NCBI RefSeq assembly: GCF_009914755.1
Contig: NC_060939.1
Strand: one strand, 5' to 3'
Length of the DNA: 64,000 nucleotides
From: the human T2T-CHM13v2.0 reference genome, Homo sapiens
In this document: piece by piece, positions 46,791 to 61,599 of the stretch
Numbering within the stretch: the first letter of the stretch is position 1
Layout of the letters: every line of letters starts with the position of its first letter
Position numbers and translations under genes: made by a program
The notes under the pieces: generated by a model
What the model was told of the DNA's origin: nothing
Databases searched by the model: none
Seen by the model: the letters and a program-made list of their open reading frames with translations, nothing else

Positions 46791-49676
46791 AATGTTATAA
46801 TACTACTAATAATACAGTAGTGTTAGGTCCTTGTGGCTGCAATACACTTTGTAGTTTACAAATCATGTTTGCATACCTGGAGTCTTAGAGCTTCCCTACA
46901 GACTACTCAAAGCAGATATTTTTAGCCCTATTTTTGAGTTGAAACTGAGCTCTAGAGAGGACTAGTGACTTTGTCAAGATCACAAGTGACCTTGTGCTGT
47001 TGCTGTTTCGAGAGAGTGTGTAATCCTGTTGCTGTTTAGAGAGAGTGTGTTTTAGATTTATGTGACCTAGAAGCACCAGCACGGGATCTTTATCCTGATG
47101 TTCTTGAGCCACCACCAGCTCTCCTCCAGGCCCAGGCTTTTGTGAATTACAGTGAAGAAAATGCAGACCAGGCGACTTGCTGAGTGACATGGTCACGTAT
47201 GGTGGGGAATCATCCAATACCTTTAAAATATTTTTTTGAACCTTGGTGGAAAAGTGTGTTTCTTCATTCATTCATTTCTTCATTCATCTGTTCATCAAAG
47301 TTTTGCGAGGCTCTAAATGTGTGCTAGGCATGATGCAAGGAGTGGGGACAAAATGGAACCAGCCATGACTACTGCCCTTGAGGAAGTCACAGTAGGTAGG
47401 AAGATGGACATCGAGACATAAGTACAGCAGAAAGTCATTTATTTATTCCTGTCATTTGTGAATCCTCTTCCATCTTCCAGTAGTCCTTACGGAAAAAGCA
47501 AATACCCATAAAAAGATCTCTTAAGGCGACTGGGGGCACACACGGGGTGGGGGTGGGAGTTTGGGGACAAACTTCAGCACCTCACAGTCTTGTGGTGGGG
47601 CCTGCATGCATATGTGGGTGGGGCATGAGGAGGAGCACGTGTTCTTAGAGCTCAGTGTCCCTCCCACCACATTCCCCTGTGCGTTGCCCCAGGCACAGGA
47701 ACTTTGTAATCACATCCAGCCTGGGACTATAACCAAACACAGCATTCCACCACCCTCTGCAACCTCTTTGTTTGATCTTCCCCCTGGAGACACAGGTCAA
47801 GAGGAAGAGAAGGGGAAGGGGGGCAAACTGCAGGGAGAGTGTGTGGGGAGCTTCCTTTGAATTGTCTTTTAATTCAGAAACAGAAAACAAAGATGCCATT
47901 TCCCAAGGCCTGAGATACCGCCGCTCTGCATTAAAGGGGTTCAGTCTCAGAATCCTGGAGCAGGGTCCACCTGGGAGGTCACTAGTCTGACCCACCTGGT
48001 TTACAGAGCCCAGGAAGGGACCATAACTTCTTTGATGTCACACGGCAGAGAGGGGCAGCATTGCAGTGTGATGTCACAGCAAAGAGGGGTAGCTACTCAT
48101 GGAGAATGACTCAAGAAGCCTGGGGGAAAGCCTTCCCCACCAGTTGCTCAGTAACACCTAAACTGCCTTGCCTGTGGGACCCAGCCTTGTACTGCATCAT
48201 CAGAGATTAGCCTGACAAGCAAATGCACCAGGGAGGAAGCCTGGTAATGGGGGCTCATTTATGCTAGGGCGTGGATGACTGATATCAGGGTCTTTCACAC
48301 CAAGAGGCTTAGCCGGAGGCAGAGGAGAGGAGATCAGAAGGGCACTGGAGACTGCAAGGGCAAGAGGTGACTGGGGCTAAGCCTAGAGGGAAGAGGGCAT
48401 GGAGCTGAGAGCTTCAGGCACAAAAGAGAAACTTAATACCTGCTTTGTAGGCCCCAGGTCCTGTGCCTGATTTTCTCTTTCCTCTGAGAAAGAAGCTGTG
48501 AGGTTTCTGAAGTGTCAAGTCACTCTTCATGTCTAATCCTGTTGCTGTTTAGAGAGAGTGTGTTTCAGATTTATGTCTGAACTGCATCTAAAGGTATCAG
48601 CAAAGTCGTTAATTTCAGCCACCTGAATCTGGTGGCTGCCTCTGCTTACGCACAGCAACACTTCCTTCCTCCAGTCCTGTGGGAAATAAGGTATTTCTTC
48701 GGGTGAGGTTTTTGTTTTGTCTTGTTTTTTTAATAATTTAAGCTTCCTGTTTTATGTATCTAATCTCTTCATATTTTCAGTATGAGGGTACTACTAAGGG
48801 GCATTTTACATTCTCGAAGTATGCTGTAATTGTTGTTTATAATTTAAATTTAATCTTTTTCTTTAGTGTTTTTAATTACTTAAGAAATACATACTCATTG
48901 TAAAGGATTCAAAAGATAGAAAAGTACATGAAATAAAAAGCATCACTTTATCGCTTTCTACTGCTAAAGGTAGACACTTAACATTTTGGTTTTCTTTCTT
49001 TCTTTCTTTACTTTTTTCTTTTTTTTTCAGCAAAAAAGGTATTATATGCCACGTCAGCAGGTCTGTGAATTCATGAAGATCCCTGAGACCATTTCAGGGG
49101 TCCACAAGGCCAAAGCTATTTTTATAATAACACTAAGACAAAATTTGCTTTTTTTCCCACAGTGTTGACATTTGTACTGATGTTGCAAAAAGTAAAAGTG
49201 GGTAAAAACTGCTAGTGTCTTAGATCAAGGAGGTGGCTCCTTGAACTGTCCTGGTGGGTATTCTGTCCTTCACTACTACACTCTCAGAGGAGCCGAAATG
49301 CCAGTTTCTTAAAGAATGTCCTTAATGAAGTAGTAAAGATGATAAATTGTATTAAATTTCAACCCTGGCGTACCTGCCTTTTTAAGATTCTGCATGAAGA
49401 GATGAGAAGTATGCTTAAGCCCTGCTGCATTCCAAAGTCCACTGACCATCCGAGGAGACACTCGTGCAGCTGTTTGTGTTGCAAGCTGAATTCACTGTCC
49501 CCCAGTCGCCCTGTCCCCCACCAGGGAACATCATTTTTACTCGAAATAATGACTGACAAACTATGGTTGTTCAGATTTGGGAATTTTCAGACATTTTCTC
49601 AAAAAATGAATGAAATGAACCTGTCATTTCAAGGAAACTGACAGTATTTGTTACTAATGATGAAGTTTCAGCTTTC

Positions 49677-50091
49677 TTTTATTTTCTTTTTAACTTTTAA
49701 GTTAAGGGGTACCTGTGTAGGTTTGTTACATAGGTAAACTTGTATCATAGGGGTTTGTTGTACAGATTATTTTGTCACCCAGATATTAAGCAAAGGACCT
49801 ACTAGGTATTTTTCCTGATCCTCTCCCTCCTGCCACCCTCCATCCTCCTACAGGCCCCAGTGTGTGGTATTCCCCTCTATGTGTCCATGTGTTCCCATCA
49901 TTTAGCTCCCACTTATGAGTGAGAACACGTAGTATTTGGTTTTCTGTTCCTGTGTTAGTTTTCTAAAGATAATGACCTCCAGCTCCATCCATGTCCCTGC
50001 AAAGACATAATCCCGTGCTTTTTTATGGCTGCATAGTACTCCATGGTGTATATGTAACATGTTTTCTTTATCCAGACTATCGCTGATGGGC
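49677..50091 (-). mobile_element. 5'-truncated L1PA13-16-like 3' end
   Basis: Antisense 3' UTR; TSD aagtttcagctttc/aagtttaagctttc. Confidence 0.88.
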
Positions 50092-50367
50092 AAGTTTAAG
50101 CTTTCAAGCAAACATTAGAATTTCCAAAGACTTATATTTTCCACTGTGAGTTGGACAGCTTCCCAACACTTAAAGACTTTAGTGATGAAAGGGGTGGTGA
50201 TAATAAATGTGATTTTTGATGCTGTTAATAAAATGTGTTAATATTAGAGCTACATAACTTAGTGAACCAATATTTTTCAAAGACTCATGCATAATGTTAT
50301 AAAATCATTTGTGGAAGATAAACCAATGGATTTTAATGTAACGGTATAGATTGTTCATTGATATGAT

Positions 50368-50687
50368 TTATTTTTTATTTTTATTTTATTTATTTATTTA
50401 TTTTTGAGATGGAATCTCACTCTGCTGCCCAGGCTGGGGTACACTGGTGTGATCTTGGCCCGCTGAAACCCCTGCCTCCTGGGTTCGGGCAATTCTCCTG
50501 CCTCAGCCTCCTGAGTAGCTGGGATTACAGGCACCTGCCACCACACCTGGCTAATTTTTGTATTTTTAGTGGAGACGGGGTTTTACCATGTTGGCTGGGC
50601 TGGTCACGAACTCCCGACCTCAAGTGATCTCCCCACGTTGGCTTCCCAAAGTGCTGAGATTACAGGCTTGAGCCACCGCACCCGGCC
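50368..50687 (-). mobile_element. Alu (AluS-like)
   Basis: TSD tcattgatatgattt. Confidence 0.95.
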
Positions 50688-51146
50688 TCATTGATATGAT
50701 TTAGAATCCATGTTGCCACTAACCTTTCAGAAACTACCACTTGTCAAATTTTGGTAAACAATCAAAGAACAATAGCCATAATAATCTGGAAAGACTATTA
50801 AAATAATCCTCCTTTTTCAACTACGTGTGTTTGTGAGACCAGATTTTCTTCATGTACTTCAACCAAAACAACATATCACAACAGATTTAATGCCAAAGCA
50901 GATATGAGAATACAACTGTCTTATATTAAGCCAGATATTAAAACACATTTGAAAAAATGTGAGACAATGCCAGTCTTCTCACTAAATGTTTTGATATAGT
51001 TAACTTTCATAAAAAGGATATGATTTATAGTAACATGCAATGAGTTTATTACCATTATTTAAAATTAAGAAACTCATTTTTTGAAATTATCTTAATGTTT
51101 AATACAATAACTATTGATAGACATAGCCTACATAAGAAAATCTCCA

Positions 51147-51472
<326 letters not shown>

Positions 51473-51852
51473 TTAAGAGGGTACTGAGACCAAAAAGCTT
51501 GAGAACAGCAGCTCTACACATTATTCCATACTTAATCATTATTACAGCGCTACAGATTATTCTATACTTGATCACTCAAGTATGTAGGCCCCAGCTCCTC
51601 TGCATGCTTTTTTGAAAACTTAACCTTTCCCCTATTGATGGATATTTAGATTAGTTATAATTTTTCATTATTGTTTATAATGCACAACAAATATCTTTTG
51701 TACTTCTTACACAATTTTGCAAGTCTTTATGTCAGACAAATGACTAGAAGAACTATTGAATCAAAGACTATTCATATTTAAAAACTTAATACTTTCAAAT
51801 TACATCCTAAAAAGGTGATATCATTTTAAACTTCTGCCAAAAATGTGTAAGA

Positions 51853-52158
51853 GGTTGGGCATGGCGGCTTGTGCCCATAATCCCAACGCTTTGGGAAGTC
51901 AAGGCGGGAGGATCCCTTGAGGCCAGGAGGAGTTTGAGACCAGCCTGGGCAACAGAGCAAGACCCTGTCTCTACAAAAAAATTTTTAAAAAATTAGCTGG
52001 GCATGATGGTGCATGCCTGCAGTCCTAGCTACTCAAGAGGCTGAGGAGGGAGGATCTCCTCAGCCCAGGAGGTTGAGCCTGCAGTGATCCATGATTTCAC
52101 CACCTCACTCAAGCCTGGGCAACAGAGTAAGACCCTGTCTCTTAAAAAAGAAAAAAAG
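51853..52158 (+). mobile_element. Alu (AluJ-like)
   Basis: Dimer with A-tail. Confidence 0.93.
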
Positions 52159-52499
52159 TGTAAGTGTCTATTTTCTCATCATCTTTTTTTCCTGTCTTCT
52201 TAAATTAAGTATTTTATGACTATTTTTTCTCTTCTTTTTTTTGACTCTTTTGCCTCAAAAAGCATTAGAGTGAGCTTAAAATGAAATTCGGGAACATAGA
52301 CAAATTAACAAAAGCAGGTAAGGAGGGTTATACTAAAAATCTAGATGAATGGAAGACATGTAGCTAAGCACTACGTTTAACTCTGTGCTTTCAGGCAACT
52401 GAGGTGAAAAAGAAAAACAGTGATTTACATATCTATGACTATCTACTAGCAGGAAGTCAATGAGTACCCAAAAAGAGAGCAAAATCTATGATCTATCCC

Positions 52500-52766
52500 T
52501 TTTCTTTTTTTTAAGAGATGGGCTCTCACCACCTTGCCCAGGCTGGTGTCAAACTCCTGGATTCAAGCAATCCTCTCATCTTGGCCTCCCGAAGTACAGC
52601 GATTACAGGTGTGCACCACCACTTCCAGCTAATTTTTAAAATTTTTGTAGAGATGGAATCTTGCTAGGTTGCTCAGGCTTGTCTCAAAGTCCTGGCCTCA
52701 AGTGATTCCTCCCACCTTGGCCTCCCAAAGTGCTGGGATTACAGGCATGAGCCACCATGCCTGGCC
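52500..52766 (-). mobile_element. Atypical Alu dimer (second arm left-monomer-like)
   Basis: Second arm lacks the right-arm-specific gctgcagtgagc...actgcactc segment. Confidence 0.8.
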
Positions 52767-52863
52767 TATATGAGATACTTAGTCAAATTTATAGAAATAA
52801 CAAGTAGAATGGTGGTTACCAAGGACTTAGGGGAGGGGGAAAAGGGGAGGGGTTGTTTAATGG

Positions 52864-53223
52864 TGATATGGTTTGGCTGTGTCCCTACCCAAATCTCATC
52901 TTGGATTGTAGCTCCCACAATTCCCACGTCTCATGGGAGGGACCCTGTGGGAGGTAATTGAATCATGAGGAGTGTGGGTCTTTCCCGTGCTATTCCTGTG
53001 ATAGTGAATAAGTCTCAGGAGATCTGATGGTTTTATAAAGGGGAGTTTCCCTGCACAAATTCTCTCTTGTCTGCAGTCATGTAAGACATGCCTTTCACTT
53101 TCTGCCATGATTGAGAGGCTTCCCCAGCCACGTGGATCTGTGAGTCCATTAAACCTCTTTTTCTTTATAAATTACCCAGTCTCAGGTATGTCTTTATCTG
53201 CAGTGTGAAAATGGACTAATAGA
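52864..53223 (+). mobile_element. THE1B-like MaLR LTR
   Basis: tgatatggtttggctgtgtccctacccaaatctcatc... with 5-bp TSD AATGG. Confidence 0.92.
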
Positions 53224-53331
53224 AATGGGTATAGAATTTCAGATTTGCAAGATGAAAAAGTTCAGAAGATCTGTTTCACAATAATGTGACTATACTTAAC
53301 ATTACTGAACTAGACACCTAAAAATGGCTAA

Positions 53332-54801
53332 TTTTTTCAAAAAATGGTACTGGAACAACTGGACATCCACATGCAGAAAATGAATCTAGAAACAGACTTT
53401 ACACTCTTCCCCAAAATTAATTCAAAATAGATCATAGACTGAAATGTAAAATGTAAAATGTAAAACTACACTACTCCTAGAAGATAACATAGGAGAAAAC
53501 CTAGGTGGCCTGGGCTATGGTCATGACTTTTTAGATACAACACCAAAGGCACAATCCATGAAATAAATAATTGATTTGCTGGATTTCATTAAAGTTTAGA
53601 ACTGCTCAGCAAAAGACAATGTCAAAAGAATGAGAATACAACCATAGACTGGGAGAAAATATATGCAAAAGATATAACTGATAAAGGACTGTTACCCAAA
53701 ATATACAAAGAACTCTTAGAACTCAACAAGGAAACAAACAACTTGATTAAAAAATAGACAAAGACCTGAAAGATATCTCACCAAAGAAGATCTACAGATG
53801 GCAAGTAAAAGCACATGAAAATATATTAAGCATCATACATCATTAGGAAATTACAAATTAAAATAACAATGAGATACCATCACATACCTATTAGAATGTC
53901 CAAAATCCAAAATACTGACAACACCAAAAGCTGATGAGGGTCTGGAACAGCAGGAACTCTCATTCATTGCTGGTGGGAATACAAAATGGTACAGCCACTT
54001 TGGAAGACTTTTTGACAGTTTCTCACAAAACTATATATACTCTTACCGTATAATCAATCAATTACACTTCTTGTTATTTACCCAAATGATTTGAAAACTT
54101 ACATCCACACAAAAACCTGCAACAGATGTTTATAGTAGTCGGCAGCTTTATTAATAATTGCTAAAACTTGGAAGCAATCAATATGTCCTTTCATAGGCAA
54201 ATGGATAAATAAACTTTGGTATATGCAGACAATGTCAAGTGATTCAACACTAAAAAGAAATGAGCTATCATGCCATGAAAAGACATAGAGGAAATTTAAA
54301 TGCATATTACTAATGCATTTTCCAATGTGAAAATGTTGCAGACTGTATAATACCAGCTATAGAGCATTCTGGAAAAGCCAAAACTATGGAGACAGTAAAA
54401 AGATTAGTGGCTGCCAGGGGTTAGAAGGGAGAGAGGTATGAATAGGCAGAGCATGAAGGATTTTTAGGTCAGTGAAACTATTCTGTGTGATGCATGTCAT
54501 TATACATACGTCATTATACATGTATACAATGGTAGATACATGTCATTATATGTATGTCAAAATCCATAGAATGTATACCACCAAGAGTGAATCCTAATGT
54601 AAACTATGAACTTTGGGTAATAATGCTGTACCCATGAAGGTTCACTGCTTGTAACAAAGGTACCATTGTGGTATGGGATGTTGATAGTGGAAGGCTGTGC
54701 GTACGTGGGGACAGGAGTGGGGATGGGAACTCTCTGTACTTTCTACTCAGTTTTGTTGTGAACCCAAAACTGTCCTAAAAAGTAAAGTTTATTAATTTTA
54801 T
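53332..54801 (+). mobile_element. L1MC1/2-like 3' end, about 1.5 kb
   Basis: ORF2 3' end plus L1MC-type UTR (ccaagagtgaatcctaatgtaaactatg); TSD aaaatggctaa/aaaatggttaa. Confidence 0.8.
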
Positions 54802-54884
54802 AAAATGGTTAAGATGGTAAATTTTATGTTATTTTTATTTATTTATTTATTTATTTATTTTTAGCACAATTTAAAGAATCTAGA

Positions 54885-55175
54885 ACTGGGCATGGTGGCT
54901 CACACCTGTAATCGCAGCATTTTGGGAGGCCAAGGCGGGAGAATCACTTGAGCCCAGGAGTTCAAGACCACCCTGGGCAACATGGTGAAAACTCCATCTC
55001 TACAAAAAAAAATACAAAAATTAGCCAGGCATGGTGGTGCATATGTCACCAGCTACTCAGGAGCTGAGGCCAGAGGAGCCTGGGAGGTTGAGGCTGCAGT
55101 GAGCTGTGACTGCACCACTGCACTCCAGCCTGAGTGACTAAGCAAGACCCTGTCTCAAAAAGAAAAAAAAAAAAT
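54885..55175 (+). mobile_element. Alu (AluJ-like)
   Basis: Dimer with A-tail. Confidence 0.92.
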
Positions 55176-55430
55176 GAAAAGGGAAATTAAAATAAAAAAA
55201 AAAACCACACACACTGCAAAGTCTCACTTTCATTCCATCCTGTTCTTGTCGAAGAGGCAACCATTTAAATTTATCCTTTCAGTGTTTTTATGCAACTTCC
55301 ACAAATATAAGTAATGCATATGTTTTTCTCTTCCTTTCATTCACAGAAAGTAACATCCTATATACACTGGTCTACACTTCCTGTATATTGTGTTTTCACT
55401 TAACAATCTATCCTGGAGATCTGTATTAAG

Positions 55431-55919
<489 letters not shown>

Positions 55920-56687
55920 GTTATAAACATCTTCCTCCTCCTTTTTTACAGCCATATAATACTCCACTGTGTAACAGTTTATTCTACCAATCCCTTCCTG
56001 GAGACATTTGAGTTGTTTGCACTATTTTGCTGTCATAAACAGTGCCCTATCATCACATGAGTTTTTGTGGAATAGGTTCTGCACTAACAAAAGGCATGGT
56101 AAGATAAGGCTGTGACCTGAGGCAGTGATTGCTCTGCAGGCAGGCCATACCAGGGTGGGATTTCTACTTCCGTGGATCTACTCAGTCCTTAGCTATGCAA
56201 ATCTGGAAATGTTCAGGCTGATGTCACATTAGCCACACTCATAAGACACTATTGGGCATCAAAAATGAGCAATTACTTGATATTAAATGGAGGTAGTTGT
56301 TTAGATTTAGTGAAATCCTCGTGTCTGCTGCCTAAGACATTGCCTTCCCAGAAGGTAAGCCTTGCCCAGGGGAAATGGATAATTCTGACACATATTTCAT
56401 CCAGACATGACAGGTTCCTGTTCCTAAGCCAAGTATGCCTCTCCTTTTATCGGAAAGCTTGTGTTCACTAGGATCACCATTTCCTGTGCAGCATTTTCCC
56501 CTGGGCCATCTTTGCACAGATGCCTGGGAAACTATTCCTCTTCTGCCAGCTCTTTCTTCAGGCAGTACACAGTGTGCTCGGGAGGTTTCACCTTGTTTGG
56601 TGATGGTCATGTTTCAGTGCAGTTTCAAGTCCTCCCCAAATTCTTCAGTTATATAACCACAATGTCTTCAATATTGCTATTGTGACA

Positions 56688-57730
56688 TATGGTGGTTTTA
56701 AAATACGCCTAAAAATTCTTTACTACTCTGCTCTTCAAGTGATGAAATTAGCTGAGCATGGTGGCATGTACCTGTAGTCCTAGCTACTCAGGAGACTGAG
56801 GCAGGAGGATCACTTGAGTCCAGGAGTTCAAGTCTGCAGTAAGCTATGATCATGCCACTGCACTCCAGCCTGGGCCACAGAGCGAGACCTTGTCTCTTAA
56901 AAAGAAAAAAAGATGGAACTTAATTCCCTTCCTGTTGAGGGTGGACCGGACTTTGTGACGTACTTGTAATGAATAGCATGTGGCAGAAGTAACAGTGCGT
57001 GCAGCTTCTGTGATTAGGTCTTAAAAGGGAATGTGGCTTCCTCCCTGTCTGGCTTTCTTGAATTATTCATTCAGGGTAGGCCAACTGCCATTTCATGAAG
57101 ACACTCAACTAGTCCTGTGGAGAGGTCCACGTCGTGGGAACTGAGGTTTCCTGCTAAAACCCAGCACTAACTTGCAGGGTGAGTGTCTTCATGCATTTTG
57201 TGCTGCTCTAACAGAATACCTGAGACCGGGTAATTTATAAAGAGCAGTAATTTATTTCTTCACAGTTCTACACACTAGGAAGTCCAAGATTAAGACAGCG
57301 GCATCTGGCAAGGGCCTTCTTGCTGTGTCATCACATGGCAGCAAGGCAAAGAGAGAGAAAAAGAGGGGATGAACTCATCCTTTTGTAACAGTATCAATCC
57401 CACCTCTGAGGGCAGAGCCATTACGACCTAATAACCTCTTAATGTTCCACCTCTTAATACTATGACAATGTCAGTTAAATTTAAAGACAGATATTCAAAT
57501 CATGGTGCCAGGTGCAAGAGCCACCTAGGAAGTGGATTCTCCAGGCCTCATCCAGCATTCGGACGATTGCAGACCTGGTCAACTTCTTGAAAATCTCATG
57601 GGAGACCGAGTTAGAACCGCCCAGCCAAGCTGTTCCTGACCCACAGAGACTGTGTGAAATACTAAGTGTTTATTGTTTTATGCTACTAAATTTGGGGAAA
57701 ATTCATTAGCAGCAACAGATAGCTAACATA
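56688..57730 (+). mobile_element. MLT1F-like LTR with nested Alu right monomer (56745-56911) and MST LTR (57184-57507, minus)
   Basis: ggtggttttaaaatacgcc...cctgacccacagagactgtg...agcaacagatagctaaca. Confidence 0.75.
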
Positions 57731-57944
57731 TCTAGATGGCTGAGATCATCCGTTTTTGTTTTGATCCTTATTAATTTCCCTCTTGCAGGGTTATCTTGAC
57801 TTCTAATCTACAGGGACACTCGAGAACACTAACCTGTGAACCATCATTTTCTTATCTGTAAAATGCAAGATTGGTATGAAGGGCACAAAGCAGGGACTTA
57901 AATGGAAATGATTAATATTGTTGTCGATGCTCATTAATAATGGA

Positions 57945-58405
57945 AGCCTTGGGTATCTTCCATTTGCCCCTCCATATCCATGTCCATTTCCAATCTTTTC
58001 TCACCCTACTCTGTGCCCCAGGAGGGGCTGACTTCCATGGACTATGTCAGTGGCCTCTCTGGTTCTCAGCCTTCCGGTAGAGTTTGGCAAATGAGAAATA
58101 CTGGCAGGAGATAGGAGGAGGGCCAGAGGAAAGGGATGTATTTCCTTGGTTTCTTCCTTTCCAAGTCACCATGCTTTATCTTCATTCCTCTACCTCAGGC
58201 CACCCTGTCTTGGTACTGGTAACTACTGTCTCCTCTCTCCCCTCCAGGCCTCTGAATGATAACTGCTCCCCTCTTTTGCTAGCCCCAGGGTGTGTCAGTG
58301 TCCTTTGGTGGGCTCCCTAAGCTCTGTCTGCACAACTTTGTAAATAGTCCCTGTATTAAACTCACCTCAAATTGTATAGATCCCCTGCAGGGATCCTGAA
58401 TGAGA
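57945..58405 (+). mobile_element. LTR33-like ERVL LTR
   Basis: ctctgtgccccaggaggggctgac...tttgtaaatagtccctgtattaaactc. Confidence 0.6.
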
Positions 58406-58699
58406 ATGGCTAGTTTTAGTTGCTTTTAATAATGATCCTGGATTTTTTAAAAGAAACAAACATTCTATAACCAGAAAGATTTCTGAGAATCCAAATAGAT
58501 ACAAGATTGAGCTTAGAAAAATCTAAAGAAATGGTTGTTTAGAATATCCCAACTTGAATTATCTGGCAAATGTACGTATCACAGATATGAAAGGAACCTT
58601 GTTTCCCTCCTGAGAGCAAAACCCAGAACCTCCAAGCAAAACCCAGGACCTCCAAAGTCGTCTGTGGAAGGAGTATAGCTGGAGTAAGACAGCAGGGAG

Positions 58700-59104
<405 letters not shown>

Positions 59105-60733
59105 TCATGCTTTCCCTAGAACTTCAACAACAGCAACAAAAGCTTTATAGATATTTAAGGAGACCAAAAAGGAGAAAGCCTGAGGAAGAGCCATCCACTT
59201 AGGCTGCTCCTCATCCTACTGGAATGAGGAAGTGTAGCTTGGATTCCCAGCCTGGCTGACTTCTCCAAGCGTTGACATCTGTCCCACCCCATGGGGCCAA
59301 CACACCTTCCCAGGCACCTGCCTGAGTTTCTCATCTTCGAAGTGGGCATAATACTATATTGAGAGGGTTCATCTATGTAAAGTGCCTGGGACAGTGTTGA
59401 CACCCTGTATGTGCTAATTTTAATAGCAGCAGCAGCAGCTGTAGTTATTAGTGAAGATAATGGGTGTGGAACATGAACATTTGTTTTGACATGTAGGGTT
59501 GAAATTTATGCCAAGAGCCTCTGCCTAAACCCAAGAGTCCCAAGAGTGTCTGGGATAGACTATGAAAAAGCATTAAAAGCCTGATGTCTGTACAGAGATC
59601 ACACAAATTGGCCTGTAGATGATTTTTGTTGAAGGGGTGGTGACAGAGCAGTAATAAAAAACCTAAGTTGTTCTTATCCACTGAGTTGAGTCTTTAGAAC
59701 CCAGCTTAATATTTTCATGGCTCAGATTTATTTTGAATCTTAGCTTTTATTTAGTGCTTTAAAATGGGAGCAGATTGGGCTTACGAAAGGATGCAAAACT
59801 TGCCCTGACATTAAATGGCCCCAATTGCTAGCCTCTTCAGTTCTTATATCTCAATTATAATTTTTTATATTATAATTGTTGGCCTGTTTCCTCACGCTAT
59901 GCTTTTAGCAGCCAGATCTTATTGCTTAGAAAGTGATTAATAAATGTTGGTTCATTAGTAATGTTTGGTTAATGACTGTAAATGCTTTCTCATTTTCCAT
60001 TTCCCCTCTTTATTGTTAATTGCTTCTAATCTATAAACTGGGAAGACAGATGTCAAATCTTGTAGTAGTGTATGCAGCTGGAACAAGTCAGTACTGGGAA
60101 ACAGATTATTTTACTCTTGGAGCACCTGCCCATGTGGAGCTCCTTTTGAAGAAAGCTGATCATTTGACCCTGCCACCATGGAGCAGAGATGGACAGCAAA
60201 CCCAACAACAGTTGGCTATAGACTGAAAGCCAAGGAGTCAGTCTCCAAAGAACATCAGAAACCAATGGAACCAATCAAATCCTCTCTTTTGGAGAGTTTG
60301 AATGTGAGTCTCAAGAGGACATCCCATGCTGAGGAGGTTGAGGCTAACCCATGCAGAGATAAGGCAGCAAGCAAGCCCTTAGGTAGAGCGAGGCTGTAGG
60401 AGGAGTAGCCGTGGAGGCAGAGTGGCTTTGTTGCCTGATGGTGGAACCTCAGAGTCAGGGGCCACTGGGCAATGCTGCCAGCATGGAGCTACAGTAATTC
60501 CAAATGACTCCTAACCATGTCCTGCTGACTTCCATGACTGTTAGAAGGAAAGTTGGTGCTGCCTAGTTGTTCCCTTGCATGTGGCTGTGTGGGCTGTTTT
60601 GGTTTATTTGTTTAAGAGGCAAACTGTGGAGAGGTAAAGAACTTTCACTTACTCTAACCAGAGTATCCTTATTTTCTAGAACACTTTTTAAAAATTTAAG
60701 CATTTGATATATGGAACCTGGTATAGATATTAA

Positions 60734-61090
<357 letters not shown>

Positions 61091-61599
61091 AGTTTCTTTT
61101 CCTTTTATTTTGGGTCTGGCAGGAGGCTTTTATATTGTCTCCCAGGTGTGAGGACTAGTCACTGTATCATGCTTGTAAAGAATGAAATGGGTTTGGAAAA
61201 AGAAAAAAAAAACAATTTCAAGTTGCTACTGGCTTTAAAAATCCTACTCAGAGTATCAGCTAGCACAGCTTTTAGATGCTCAGGTCAAGGTCATGGAATC
61301 TCTCTTTCCTCTTCTTTGCTTTCTCAACTCTTCAGGTACACACACCCCCATCCACTTCTTCCACTGACTTCTCAGACTGTCTTCCCTCCTTAACTCTTTC
61401 CATTCTCTGTGTTCTTCTGACACAATGTAATACTTCCCAGCACCAAACATTATTACACTGTGTTGATAGATAAAGAACCCAAGGTGCTGGCCTGAGAGAC
61501 AGAGCCAGGCTCAGTGAGGACATTCATTGCCAGCTGTCATGGGAGAGTGGATGGAGATTGTAGCAGTGGGCTCAAGAAAGTCAGAAAACAAAGGCTTTC

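Larger units (their letters stand above)
52768..54870 (+). mobile_element. L1MA/MB 3' end split by THE1 and L1MC insertions
   Basis: agtagaatggtggttacc / gggtatagaatttcagatttgcaagatgaaaaagttc / aaaatggttaagatggtaaattttatgtt. Confidence 0.75.

Noticed and set aside
56065-56680. Possible lncRNA exon or pseudogene (octamer ATGCAAAT, donor-like AAG/GTAAGC near 56353)
   Set aside because: Only isolated motifs; no recognisable protein similarity and no convincing acceptor.
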